Of a stretch of DNA of 63,346 nucleotides, positions 1 to 12,800 are shown piece by piece. The notes beneath the pieces were generated by a model that was not told where the DNA came from, made no database searches, and worked only from the letters and a program-made list of their open reading frames with translations. The stretch's first letter is position 1. Each line of letters starts with the position of its first letter. Origin of the DNA: Octopus bimaculoides (taxonomy: Eukaryota); assembly GCF_001194135.2 (NCBI RefSeq), contig NC_069004.1:11491343-11554688 (forward strand), written 5' to 3'. Made by a program: the position numbers and the translations under genes.

Positions 1-92
1 GATAAAAATAAGTACCAGTGAAACACTGGGTCGATGTAATCGACTAGTCCCCCCTCCCCCAAAATGGCTGCCATTATGGCAAAATCTGAAAC

Positions 93-125
<33 letters not shown>

Positions 126-535
126 CATGCTTGTCATATTTTAATAAAATATTTCAGATAAACAATACTCAGGACAAAACAATGTTGTGTCTTTCTTATG
201 TTTTTCTCTATTGTATCCTCTCTCTCTCTCTCTCTCTTATTTCATCCTCTCTCACTGTCTCACCCTCTCTCCTTTCCCACTCTCTCTCTCACTCTCTTTG
301 TTGTGTAGCTGTGTCCGGACTGGTCCCATTCTCCCAGGGAATGTCTCATTGTTATTTTACAATTAATACTGCTGCCTCAGTAAATGTGCTTTTTTATTCC
401 CATATTTCACACATTCTTGGCTATAATGTCTGTGAAGTTCACTGAGACTTAACCATATATGTGTGTGTGTGTATGTATGTGTGTGTACATGTCCATATAT
501 GTATGTGTATATACACATCTATATATGTATATATA

Positions 536-676
536 CTTTATTGAAAAGCAGCAGAAATATAACAAAACCTTTTGTTATATTTCTACTGCTTTTAAATAAA
601 GCATATTATTCTACCTCTGGTATTTGAGTACTCTTTTTTCCACCTTGTTGCACATTTATGTGCTTACTCCAGTATA
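536..676. mobile_element. Internally deleted copy of the same foldback family
   Basis: Hairpin with arms of about 31 bp (537-567 and 570-601) plus the outer arm ending cttactccagtata, in a (TA)n context. The ribozyme core is absent. Confidence 0.65.
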
Positions 677-1142
677 CATATATATATNNNNNNNNNNNNN
701 NNNNNNNNNNNNNNNNNNNNNNNNNNNNNNNNNNNNNNNNNNNNNNNNNNNNNNNNNNNNNNNNNNNNNNNNNNNNNNNNNNNNNNNNNNNNNNNNNNNN
801 NNNNNNNNNNNNNNNNNNNNNNNNNNNNNNNNNNNNNNNNNNNNNNNNNNNNNNNNNNNNNNNNNNNNNNNNNNNNNNNNNNNNNNNNNNNNNNNNNNNN
901 NNNNNNNNNNNNNNNNNNNNNNNNNNNNNNNNNNNNNNNNNNNNNNNNNNNNNNNNNNNNNNNNNNNNNNNNNNNNNNNNNNNNNNNNNNNNNNNNNNNN
1001 NNNNNNNNNNNNNNNNNNNNNNNNNNNNNNNNNNNNNNNNNNNNNNNNNNNNNNNNNNNNNNNNNNNNNNNNNNNNNNNNNNNNNNNNNNNNNNNNNNNN
1101 NNNNNNNNNNNNNNNNNNNNNNNNNNNNNNNNNNNNNNNNNN

Positions 1143-1372
1143 TATATATATATATATATGTATGTGTATATATATATATATATGTATGTGTATATATATA
1201 TATATATGTATGTGTATATATATATATATGTATGTGTATATATATATATATATATGTATGTATGTGTATATATATATGTATGTATGTTTACATGTATGTG
1301 TATATATATATATATGTATGTATGTTTACATGTATCTATATATTTATATATGTTTGTTTGTATATATATGTT

Positions 1373-1422
<50 letters not shown>

Positions 1423-1440
1423 CATAATGTACATATATAT
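1143..1440. repeat. (TA)n/(TATG)n compound microsatellite; similar tracts at 20968-21035, 37686-37732 and 62180-62780
   Basis: Direct inspection; most N gaps abut such tracts. Confidence 0.95.
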
Positions 1441-1924
1441 AAGTAAACGTGTGTGTGTGCGTGTGTTTGTGTCTCTGTGAATGCAAGTGTATGTGTCAAT
1501 GAGTTTGTATTTTTTCCTTGTATAATGCGTGTTCGATGACCGTAAACAAATGACATTGCTGTACGTTTGCAGTCAACCGTGAAAGCATGTCTAGATTTCT
1601 GGATATGTCTTGACATGTTGCGCCATCTTCATAAACAAAAGCTGCTAGTGACTATGTTTGGGTTGTTCATTGTCCAATAGACTGGGGTGGGGTGGGGTGG
1701 GGTGGGGNNNNNNNNNNNNNNNNNNNNNNNNNNNNNNNNNNNNNNNNNNNNNNNNNNNNNNNNNNNNNNNNNNNNNNNNNNNNNNNNNNNNNNNNNNNNN
1801 NNNNNNNNNNNNNNNNNNNNNNNNNNNNNNNNNNNNNNNNNNNNNNNNNNNNNGGTGAGAGATTGTGACAAGAAGAGCATCCCCACACAGAAGATTTACT
1901 TCAACAATTTTCATTTGTCCCATG

Positions 1925-2460
1925 TCATCATCACCATTTAATGTCTGTTGTCCATGCTAGTTGGTTGGACGGTGTGACCAGAGCTGGCAAGCCAGGGGTC
2001 GGGGTGCTGCACCAGGCTCCAGTTGTCTGCTTTGGCATGGTTTCTATGGCTGGATGCCCTTCCTAACACCAACCACTTTACAGAGTATTGGCGCTTTTCA
2101 CATGTTGCCACATGGGCACTTTTACGTGGCACCACCATGGGTGCTTTATGCAATCAGAAGGATTGGTCTTAACACTTCTGCTTTGGAGGACAGGTCCAGG
2201 TCTTCTTGAGTACAGCCAGGCACCAGGTGGCTTGGCCCCTTATCATCTCACCTGAAAGGTTCAGCTTCCTCAGGTCATTCTTCAGTACTTTGCCCCATGT
2301 TTTCCTGGGTCTCCCACATCTATGTGTTCCATCCACTTTGAGAGATCAATGCTTCTTTATAGAGCCGTCAGCAACCATCTGCATCACATGACCAAACCAG
2401 CACAGTCTCCTCTCTTGCACACAGCAACAAATTCCTCTTACGCCTAACTTCTCTCTCAGA
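1925..2460 (-). mobile_element. RTE-clade LINE 3' end (decayed ORF2 C-terminus plus (GAT)n-tailed 3' region)
   Basis: The minus strand translates to [13 protein letters not shown] and CGRPRKTW, typical of the RTE C-terminus. It continues into the GAT-tailed repeat. Confidence 0.75.
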
Positions 2461-2621
2461 ACATGTAAGTATAGAAAAGTAAACATTACCCCTTTAGCAT
2501 TTAAACCCCCATCAAAATCTCAGAGCTACAAAATGATCCTTTCTACTACAGGCACTGTGGTGTTATGAGCCAGGCTGTGTTATAGGGAAGGATCAGAAGT
2601 GAGGGAGTAGGTATGTCCTGT

Positions 2622-2816
2622 CGGAAGTGGGGCCTGTGGATTCCATTGGAAGTGCCGTGGTGGATATGAGGGTCAGTCGGCGGTGAACAGCACATCAGAG
2701 CGGACGTGTGAAACGGTACAACAACAGATAGCACACATGGATGTGGAGTGAACCTTGGAGTTTGAGACAGCACGTAGATGTTGAAAGTGACCCTTTTCCC
2801 GGACCGACAGGTAAGA
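2622..2816 (+). promoter_or_regulatory. Candidate upstream ETS-type promoter and alternative first exon (donor at 2811)
   Basis: Locally GC/CpG-richer unique sequence. CGGAAGTG at 2622-2629, GGAAGTG at 2648-2654 and CTTCCG at 2837-2842. Near-consensus donor CAG|GTAAGA at 2811. Confidence 0.55.
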
Positions 2817-4090
2817 CTACCGTAGTTCTCTCTTCGCTTCCGTCTTTTTCTTCCTTTACATCACAGACACAAGGAGTGAAATTTTTGGCGGGAGGAGATA
2901 AGTCAATTACATTTACTCCAGTGCTCAACTGGTATTTATTTTATCGACTCTGAAAGGATGAAAGGCAAAGTCCACCTTGGCTGCATTTGAAAAGAGCTTC
3001 AAAATAATACATGACTAATTCAAAACAATGTGAATAAATATTTCATTTGGCAGAATAATCTGGACGCTGAAAGTTTAGGGCTTAGCAAAAGGACAAACCT
3101 ATATCTCAACAATTCTAAGATCTGAAGAAACCAGTTCTTTCACCAGTATCTGCAACTATTTGTATCACAAGTCAGACAGGGAGCCTGTTTGAGGTAGCTC
3201 GAGTTGCTAGAAATAGCAAGCGAATTTCCCTCAAATTACACTATGCTGTCATAAAAAGAAAGCAACATATTTGGAATTCTGTTGTCTTGGATACACTTCT
3301 TTAAACCAAAGGGGGATGGTGGTGGCTAGATTGTCGTTCATTGTAGGTCTGCTGAATCAGGGCTTAACTGAGGCTAAACAACCATAAAGAGAGCAACATG
3401 TCCAGAGGGTGGGTGAGGGTGGAATTACTGAGACCACCTAATTGTCAGAATTTATTTTAGGTATCCTTCCTGTTCAACTTACCATTCTTGTTGACCTCAC
3501 TTCCTTGGTTTTTCACCCCCCTCACCCTTATTTGCGTATTCGACTGTCTCCCTGCCACTTCAAGTCCCCATCACCATCACCACCTTCTATTTCTTCATTT
3601 TCTCACGAAGCAGAAGTTATGAAACATTATATTCTACACTCCACCCAGCCAAACAGACTGAACCACATTTTTACCAATGCGGACCATTACCAGTTCCTCC
3701 GAAATCCAAGAAACCATTTTATTTATTTATATATTAAAAAAAAAAAAACTGTTTTTTAAAAACTTTTAAATTCCCACCATCGCTACCATTTATGATTTTT
3801 TTTAACGATTATTTGAATTTAGTTTATTTCATTTTATCATTTCACATTTAAAAAATATGGGAATTGTAAAGTGTAAAGTCTTATTTTTCAAATTACCAAT
3901 ATTGTTTGCTTACGATAATTTTTCACTTTCAGTTTATAACTGTAAACTGAAAAGAGTGGCTTAAAATGCATAGAGATAAACAGATAATATAGCTGATATA
4001 GTGTCAAAACGCCCTTCCATGGACGGGACGGTCACGGCTGGAACGCATTTGAGTACAAATTTACGTGCCATGTCCAACAAATTAAAGACT

Positions 4091-4200
4091 GAACCAATTG
4101 CTCTACTTAAAGCCCAGGTTTCCTTTGCTCTGATTGGTCGATTTATTCAGCCAATCAACTGTCAGCCGCTAATTTTCAATTTAAAGATTTTAAAAAACAA
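4091..4200 (+). promoter_or_regulatory. CCAAT-box (NF-Y-type) promoter of exon 1
   Basis: CCAAT at 4094-4098, ATTGG at 4133-4137 (tgATTGGtc) and agCCAATca at 4149-4157, about 150-210 nt upstream of the ATG at 4309. Confidence 0.6.
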
Positions 4201-4308
4201 AAACAAAACACTAGAATTTGTCTCGGGATTATTTGGTTTTATTTTATTTACAACAGCTTTTGGGATTGTAATTATTTTTAATTGCTGTGTTGTATTGCCT
4301 TCGTTCCG

Positions 4309-4346
4309 ATGAAAACTCCTAAAATGACGTCGAAAGAAAACCACAA
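4309..4346 (+). CDS. NET1: NET1-like exon 1 coding part ([12 protein letters not shown] + AA, phase 2)
   Basis: ATG at 4309 and donor AA|GTATGT at 4347. The phase-2 end fits the 1-nt start of exon 2 (AA+C = Asn). It lies just downstream of three CCAAT boxes. I recognise no homology support for this peptide. Confidence 0.7.
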
Positions 4347-6777
4347 GTATGTATATTTCGGATATATAATATTATACATGTGTATACATTCCCATAGAGG
4401 TCGCCATTCATTCGATACAAAGTTATTTAGGACGAAAATAAGATGTAAAGTATCTCTAAGTAGCAGAAATATCGCCCAAAAAGTGTATATAGATATATAA
4501 ATGTATTTATATATTCATATATATACACACATGTATGTAGAATGTGTATATATATATATATGTATATTAGTGCAATGTGTAGATATGCCGCCATCACAGT
4601 TACTAATCGAGATTCATTAATATATTTGTTGGCCTTGTGCTCGAATTTGAAATTGTTATTTTAATACATTAACGTTTAACGGTTTAAATAATGGATGGAA
4701 AAAAAAATGTCTTTAATAATTCTGTACATATCTGATGTGTGTAGCTTCATTAAAACTTCAAAAAATATTCTACGCACGTTTGTATGTGTGCAGAATATAT
4801 GTATGCATACTCATTTATTTGTTTCAGTCATTTGACTGCGGCCATGCTGGAGCACCGCCTTTAGTCGAGAAAATCGACCCCAGGACTTATTCTTTAGAAG
4901 CCTAGTACTTATTCTATCGGTTTTTTTTGCCGAACCGCTAAGTTACGGGAATTAAACACACCAGCATCGGTTGTTGGGCGGGGGGGGGGACACAAACACA
5001 TACACACACACATATATATATACATATATACACATACATATATATATATACATATATACGACATATATATATGTGTGTGTAGAATAGATAAATATATATA
5101 GGCGTTGTTCTTTGCTAAGCATATAACCGATCATATCTTTGGTAATTTTACAGATTAACACCCGCACGATCTTCACTAGGGTTTTTTGAGTCACAGTTAG
5201 GGTTTAGGGTTTGTGTTAGAATTCCGTCCCTAACCGTAACCCTAAACACTAACCCTAACACCCTTGTGAAGATCGTACTGGTGTTAATCTGAAAAATTAC
5301 CATATCTTTTTATATTCTTCGATATGTTTTTTAACTATTTTTTCCTATTTATGTCTTTTTATTTCAACATGAGGAAGATTACGATTCTTTTTTTCCTTTT
5401 AATTTTTCAAAAATTCAAAAAAACACACAAGTATTTCGAAATCAAAGATAAAAAAAAAATTGCGCATTTTTTGTATCCTCTCTGCCAGTAGAATATTTCG
5501 CATTTTGTCTGGGTATGGATATATGTATATATAGATATATATATTATAAACGCCTCTTTCGTTACGTATGCGTTTATAATAAAACTTTCCTAGTGTATGT
5601 GTGTGAATGTGTATATACATACATACAAACACACGCACCATTATTATTTTGCTTTATTCGATCCTTGCTTTTTGTTTTTCGTCGAATTAAATTTTTTATC
5701 ACCAGAATTCGAAATTTTCCTTTTGTCATGGAAAATTTCTCGTGTCAGAGGTCAGACACNNNNNNNNNNNNNNNNNNNNNNNNNNNNNNNNNNNNNNNNN
5801 NNNNNNNNNNNNNNNNNNNNNNNNNGGGGGGGGGGGGGTTATATACACACAGACACACACACACTCACGTATGTGCATAAATACTAACATACTCACTTAT
5901 ACACATTCATACATACATGCGTTCGTGCACATACACAGACACAAGCATACATTTCACTGGTTCCAGTCACTAAATGTGAGTCTCTGCTTGGAAACCACCT
6001 TCATCGGCTTTAAAATCGATCTTTGCCGAACTGCTACATCGTGGGATATTCGAGGATAAGATATAAAGCATAGACACATTTAATGTTGAAATTCCAGTAG
6101 GAAAGAGCCCCCCNNNNNNNNNNNNNNNNNNNNNNNNNNNNNNNNNNNNNNNNNNNNNNNNNNNNNNNNNNNNNNNNNNNNNNNNNNNNNNNNNNNNNNN
6201 NNNNNNNNNNNNNNNNNNNNNNNNNNNNNNNNNNNNNNNNNNNNNNNNNNNNNNNNNNNNNNNNNNNNNNNNNNNNNNNNNNNNNNNNNNNNNNNNNNNN
6301 NNNNNNNNNNNNNNNNNNNNNNCCCAATATTTTCATTTTTCTCTTTTTTTCCGTAACCCCAACCCTAACCCTAAAATCCCAACCCCAACCCTAAAACCGC
6401 AACCCTAACTCTAAAACCCCAATACATTGTGGTCATGCTGGGGCACTGCTTTGAAAAGTTTACTCTATCAAATCGACTCCAGTACTTAAGTTTGGTACTT
6501 AGTCTATTGGTCTCTATTGCCGAAGCGTTTAGTAACGAGGGCCTAAACAAGCTTCTTTCAGTTTCTACTCACAAGACTTTGGCCAGCTCAAGGCTTAGAA
6601 GACACACACACACACACACATATATGAGTAGCTGTGTGGTAAGAAGCTTGCTTCCCAACCACATGGTCCTGGGTTCAGTCCTACTGTGTGGAACCATGGA
6701 CAAGTGTCTTCTACTATAGCCTCAGGCCAACCAAAGCCTTGAGTGGATTTGGTAGACAGAAACTGAAAGAAGCCCGT

Positions 6778-6819
<42 letters not shown>

Positions 6820-9800
6820 NNNNNNNNNNNNNNNNNNNNNNNNNNNNNNNNNNNNNNNNNNNNNNNNNNNNNNNNNNNNNNNNNNNNNNNNNNNNNNNNN
6901 NNNNNNNNNNNNNNNNNNNNNNNNNNNNNNNNNNNNNNNNNNNNNNNNNNNNNNNNNNNNNNNNNNNNNNNNNNNNNNNNNNNNNNNNNNNNNNNNNNNN
7001 NNNNNNNNNNNNNNNNNNNNNNNNNNNNNNNNNTATATATAGTTTTAGGGAAAATAACCAAGTTTCAAGAACTCATCGATGAAAATCCACTATCACATAT
7101 AGAAAAATTAATATTTAAAAGCACAATAAATGAGTATAATATAAAGTAAAGTAAATATCATAAGATAAATATATATATATATTCCATGCAGCAAAACATT
7201 TCACTGTAGCTCATTTGCATTTAGCATTTCTAAGCCAGGGGTGTAACCAGCCCACTTATACGTACCTTTCCTTCATTGGACACTAAACTCTGCTTGCGAA
7301 GACCTGTCGAGGCAAGTGAAATCGAAATCAAATCCGATGACTGGCACCCATGTTAGTAGAGCGCTAAGAACACCATCTGAGCGTGATTGTTGCCAGAGCA
7401 GCTGACTGGCTTCCATGCCGATGGCATGTAAAAAGCACCATTCGAACATGTTCGTTACTAGTGTCACCTTACTGGCACGTGAAAAAACATTCGAGCGAGG
7501 TCATTGCCAGTGCCGCTGGACTGGCTCCTGTGCAGGTGGCACGTAAAATACACCATTTTGAGCATGGCCATTGCCAGTACCACCTGACTGGCCCTCGTGC
7601 TGGTGGTATGTAAAAGCACCCACTACACTCTCGGAGTGATTGGCGTTAGGAAGGGCATCCAGCTGTAGAAACTCTGCCAGATAACATTGGAGCCTGGTGC
7701 AGCCATTTGGTTCGCCAGTCCTCAGTCAAACCGTCCAACCCATGCTAGCATAGAAGGCGGATGTTAAGCAATGATGATGATGACTGTCACTCACTCTATT
7801 TGCCATTTTAGTTTCCTTCCACCAGCGTGACTGGAGCATGACACATTGTGTTTTTATTATTAATTGTTTTCATGTTTTTCTCTTTTCTTCAGCTTCTGCG
7901 AGCCAGCTCTCCCTAGTTGTAGGAGGAGGTTCTCTTTAACGTCAGCTGCCAGTATCATGGATCTAACAGAGTTGACATTCGTAAGTAGAAACTTTTACTT
8001 TTTAAATAATTCTCTATCATCCAGAGTGAAAACATGTTAGCCCTAGGTTAGATTTGATTAAAAGATGCCCTTCCTGGTCGCTAGCCCTGGTCTGTTTCCA
8101 AGCAGGGCAATATTTCTTATGGCTAGACATATTCTCAGAATATTGGAAATGAGTGACACTTATTTACAACTATCACATGACATCACCCCCCCCCCCATAC
8201 ACATATATAAGTTTTTTTTCAGTTTCCGTGGGACTGAACCCAGAACCATGTGGTTAGGAAGCAAGATTGCCACACTGAGCCCATCCCTTGTTGTTAAACT
8301 CTATACCTACTACAGAAGTTGGGGTTCAAATCTGCAACCTTATGAAACATTAATTTCACTGGGCTGCCACTGTCTACAACAGAGTTGCTTTCTAATTGCT
8401 CCANNNNNNNNNNNNNNNNNNNNNNNNNNNNNNNNNNNNNNNNNNNNNNNNNNNNNNNNNNNNNNNNNNNNNNNNNNNNNNNNNNNNNNNNNNNNNNNNN
8501 NNNNNNNNNNNNNNNNNNNNNNNNNNNNNNNNNNNNNNNNNNNNNNNNNNNNNNNNNNNNNNNNNNNNNNNNNNNNNNNNNNNNNNNNNNNNNNNNNNNN
8601 NNNNNNNNNNNNNNNNNNNNNNNNNNNNNNNNNNNNNNNNNNNNNNNNNNNNNNNNNNNNNNNNNNNNNNNNNNNNNNNNNNNNNNNNNNNNNNNNNNNN
8701 NNNNNNNNNNNNNNNNNNNNNNNNNNNNNNNNNNNNGATCAACGGAACAGTCTACTGGTGAAATTAACGTGCAAGTGGCTGAGCACTCCACAGACACGTG
8801 AACCCTTAATGTAGTTCTCGGGGAGATTCAGCATGACACAGAGTGTGACAAGGCTGACCCTTTGAATTACAGGCACAACAGAAACAGGAAGAAAGTTGTG
8901 GTGAAAGAGTACAGCAGGGTTCGCCACCACCCTCTGCCGGAGCCTCGTGGAGTTTTAGGTGTTTTCGCTCAATAAACACTCACAACGCCCAGTCTGGGAA
9001 TCATGACCGCAAGTCCGCTGCCCTAACCACTGGGCCATTGCGCCTCCACCCATGTTTCACTACCATGTAGCATTAGCTGTATGTAAACTGTCCAGCCCAT
9101 GCCTGCATGGAAAACAGATGTTAAATGATGATGATAACGATGATGGTTCATTTGAAAGCTGTCTCGGTCATGGATGTATCCCCATCTCTAGTGACACTGT
9201 ACAAATTTACCGATACATCTTACTTGGCTCCCTAACATTAATCTCTCTAGCCGCCTCCGACTATGAAAGCCGTTATGAAAATTGGTTTCCTTGGTTGTTG
9301 TTGTTGATGATTTAATAACGGTGTAACAGGATTAAAAAGAGGAAAAAAACCTGAGAAAACAATATATATGCACAGACATGTGGGTAAGTGTATATAAAAC
9401 AATTACACGCACGTCTAAGAATCTATCACTGACTGGCCTTTAGTGACAATAAACCGTTTTAAAACAAGTTGTCTAGTAGTGCACTTGATCTTGACCTTAA
9501 ATTTCTGTGCCTTGAAGATATTCTGTTTATTTGAATGGGAATCATCTTAACAAAAGGATGCTTTGTTTTTTTTTCATTCCTTTTAAATAATTGAAAAAAA
9601 CAAAAAACAAACCAAAACATGTTTAATCGGATTAGAGCAGAGAGAGAGGGAGTAGCCAGAAGTACTTGTTCACAATTTAACACCCAACAACACAGCAAAT
9701 GAAACGGTGGAAAAATATAATTAAGTGATAATGTTAATATTATTGTAATAGTAATTAGTTTTTATTAGGCATTGACTATGTTGTTAAGTTTACTTTGGAG

Positions 9801-12800
9801 CTCTGTGGTTATGAGTTCAGTCTTACTGTGTGAAAGCTGTTGGCTGGTGTCCTATATATGGGTCAACCTATAACTTATGTGTAGAATTCATTATCATTTA
9901 CTGTCTGCTTTCCATGCTGGCATGGGTTAGACAGTTTGACTGGAACTGGTAAGCTGGACAGCTACACCAGGCTCCACTCTTCTGTCTTGGCTTGGTTTCT
10001 ATGGCTGGATGCCCTTCCTAATACCAACCACTTTACAGAGTGTGCCAGGTGCTTTATAGGTAGCCCCAGCACATGCCATACAGGACTTGCATGGAGGGCC
10101 ACAGTTTTACTTAGCTTGATGTATCTTCTCAAGTACACCAAATTGCCATAAGTCTCAGTTCCTCATCATTGGTCCCTTAGTGAGGCCCAACATCTGGAGA
10201 TGCTTTCTCACCACCTTGTCCTATGTCTTCCTGGGTCTACCCTTTCCACAGGTTCCCTTCACAATTAGAGATAGACACTTCTTTATGCAGCTATCCTCAT
10301 CCATATGCATCATGTGACCATACCAGCACAATCTTCTCTCTTGCACACAACAAGATGCAAGAGTTGTGTGCATCTTATACTTAACCTGAAGAAAATTCTA
10401 ACTGGATCCCACCTGCAAGATCATGTGCTGTTTATCTTGATGTCAGATCACCATATATAGTCACCAGATATAGTTATGATGCTTGTGCCTGATGTACCCT
10501 TACCAGATAGGACAGGTGTTGGCAAACAGGTAAATTACCCCAAGTGAGGTAAAAATTCAATTCTTGGCAGTATTGAGGACTCGTCAGACAAGTGAAATTT
10601 CATTAAAAAAATGTGTTCCTTGTTACAACAAATATTTTTTCTGGCAACACTGCATCTGTCCAATGTAGTGGACATGTAAATTGATTCATATAAATAGATT
10701 CAATAAACCTTTTGAATTCAAAGAATCTGATTTTCTTCCTTTCCAAGGGGGTAACGTCAACATAAATATATTTTGGGGTAATTGGTTAAAAAAGCTCCCT
10801 AACCCATGAGATAGGTAGTCATGATGGGTATTTTAGGCTTTGTATAATTTGTACCCCAGTGTCACTTTGATGGTATGCATTGCTCTCTCATTCAGTAATA
10901 ATGATAATCGTTTCAAATTTTGGCACAAGGCCAGTAATTTCAGGGTAGTGAGTACGTCGATTACATTAACACCAGTGATGGACTGGTACTTGTTTTATTG
11001 GCCCTGAAAGGATGGAAGGCAGACTTCAGTAGAATTTAAGCTCAAAACAAAGATGGACAAAATGCCAATAAGCATTTTGCCCGGCATGCTAACAGTTCTG
11101 CTAGCTATCCATCTAAATAACGATAATAATAATAATAATAATCCTATTATAGGCACAAGGTGTGAAATTTTGTGGGAGGGGTTAAGTTGGTTACATCAAT
11201 GTCAAAAATTAAGTAAAAAAAAAGAACTAGAAAAATAATCCAGAATTCTTGTCCGGTACTGGATCGATCCCAAAATCTAATCAGCTCGTGCCAGTCACGA
11301 GTCCAAACATTCCTGAAAGTTTCATCTGAATCCATCCAACAGTTCTTGGAATATCTTGTATACGGACAAACAAACAAACATGGCTGGAAATAATTCCTCT
11401 GCCTTAGCGAAGGCGGAGGTAATAATAATAATAATAAAAGTACTGATGTGAAACTATTTAAAGTACAAAACTTCAGGTGATTTAAAAAAGTAATAATTGT
11501 TTTTATTTATATTTTCAGAAACGGAAGAGGAAAAAAGACGAAGACAGCATCAGTGTTCATAGCTTAGACACTTCATCATTCAAGGTATGTAGTGGACTCT
11601 TTGCTTGTGTGTGTGATGGTATGTTTGTGTTGTGTGTGGCTGATTATGTTCATTTTGTAATGGGTTTTGAAATGTTAATTTTATGATTTGATTTTTTACT
11701 TGTTTTCATTGATTGCTGGTTGTTTTTGTTCCAAGCCAGACCTGATTCTGCCATAACCATTCCTTCTTTTAGTCACATGTACATCTAGAATAGGGGTTCT
11801 CAATCATTTTTATAATTCATGGACCCTGTGCCAGTGGCATGTAAAGAGCACTCAGCACACTTAAGTGGTTGGTCTTAGGAAGGGCATCCAACCGTAGAAG
11901 TTGTGCTACAACAGACAATTGTAGTCTGGACAGCTATATCGTCAAACCATCCAACCCATGCCAGCATGGAAAACAGATGTTAAATGAGGATGATGATGAT
12001 GATAATGGACCCTTTTGATTGCTGCTTCATTTTGGTGGACCCCCATAGCCATTGTTCAAAAGCTAGTTTTATAGAAGCTTCTTTTGCCATAAATCAATAG
12101 TTGATAGCTTATAAAGTTTGCAAATTTTGGGTAATTTTAGCCAATTGAAAGCCACAGACATATTAGGTGCCTGTTTCCATAGTAGCTATTTAACCCTTTT
12201 GATACCAACCCACCTGAATTCACCCTTGGTTCTATGATACAAACTTCCTCTTGTTAAGTTACTCTAAATCAGTGATTCTCAACCAGGATCCATTTGGCCT
12301 GGGGACAGTGAGGTGTGTGTGTGTGGGGGGGTCCATATAGGGTTGTGTTGTTAAAAAAATTTTATGCAATGAATTGGTTAGACTTCAACACTATGCAAAA
12401 TATTTTAACAATTTTTTTTTATGTAATTCCTAATAATATTTAATTATAAAAATATAATGGGATTTTTTAAAACATCAAATGGTTATGAGAGAATCCATCC
12501 AAGGGAAACCGTAGAAAAAAAAATGGTTGTAAACTACTGTTCTATATTAAAACCTGCCATCAAAATTTCATGATGGTTTATATTCTAAACACTAGCTTAA
12601 CGACAGTNNNNNNNNNNNNNNNNNNNNNNNNNNNNNNNNNNNNNNNNNNNNNNNNNNNNNNNNNNNNNNNNNNNNNNNNNNNNNNNNNNNNNNNNNNNNN
12701 NNNNNNNNNNNNNNNNNNNNNNNNNNNNNNNNNNNNNNNNNNNNNNNNNNNNNNNNNNNNNNNNNNNNNNNNNNNNNNNNNNNNNNNNNNNNNNNNNNNN

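Noticed and set aside
624-1486. Long ORFs in the track such as [15 protein letters not shown] and poly-X (also 32886-33770, 34312-35722, 37617-38782, 62170-62789)
   Set aside because: They are translations of microsatellites or N gaps, with no protein signal.
7050-7092. CGAUGA-GUUCUU-GAAAC on the minus strand in a TA-flanked segment
   Set aside because: The core is incomplete and stems I and II cannot be drawn convincingly. It may be a very decayed relative but is unsupported.
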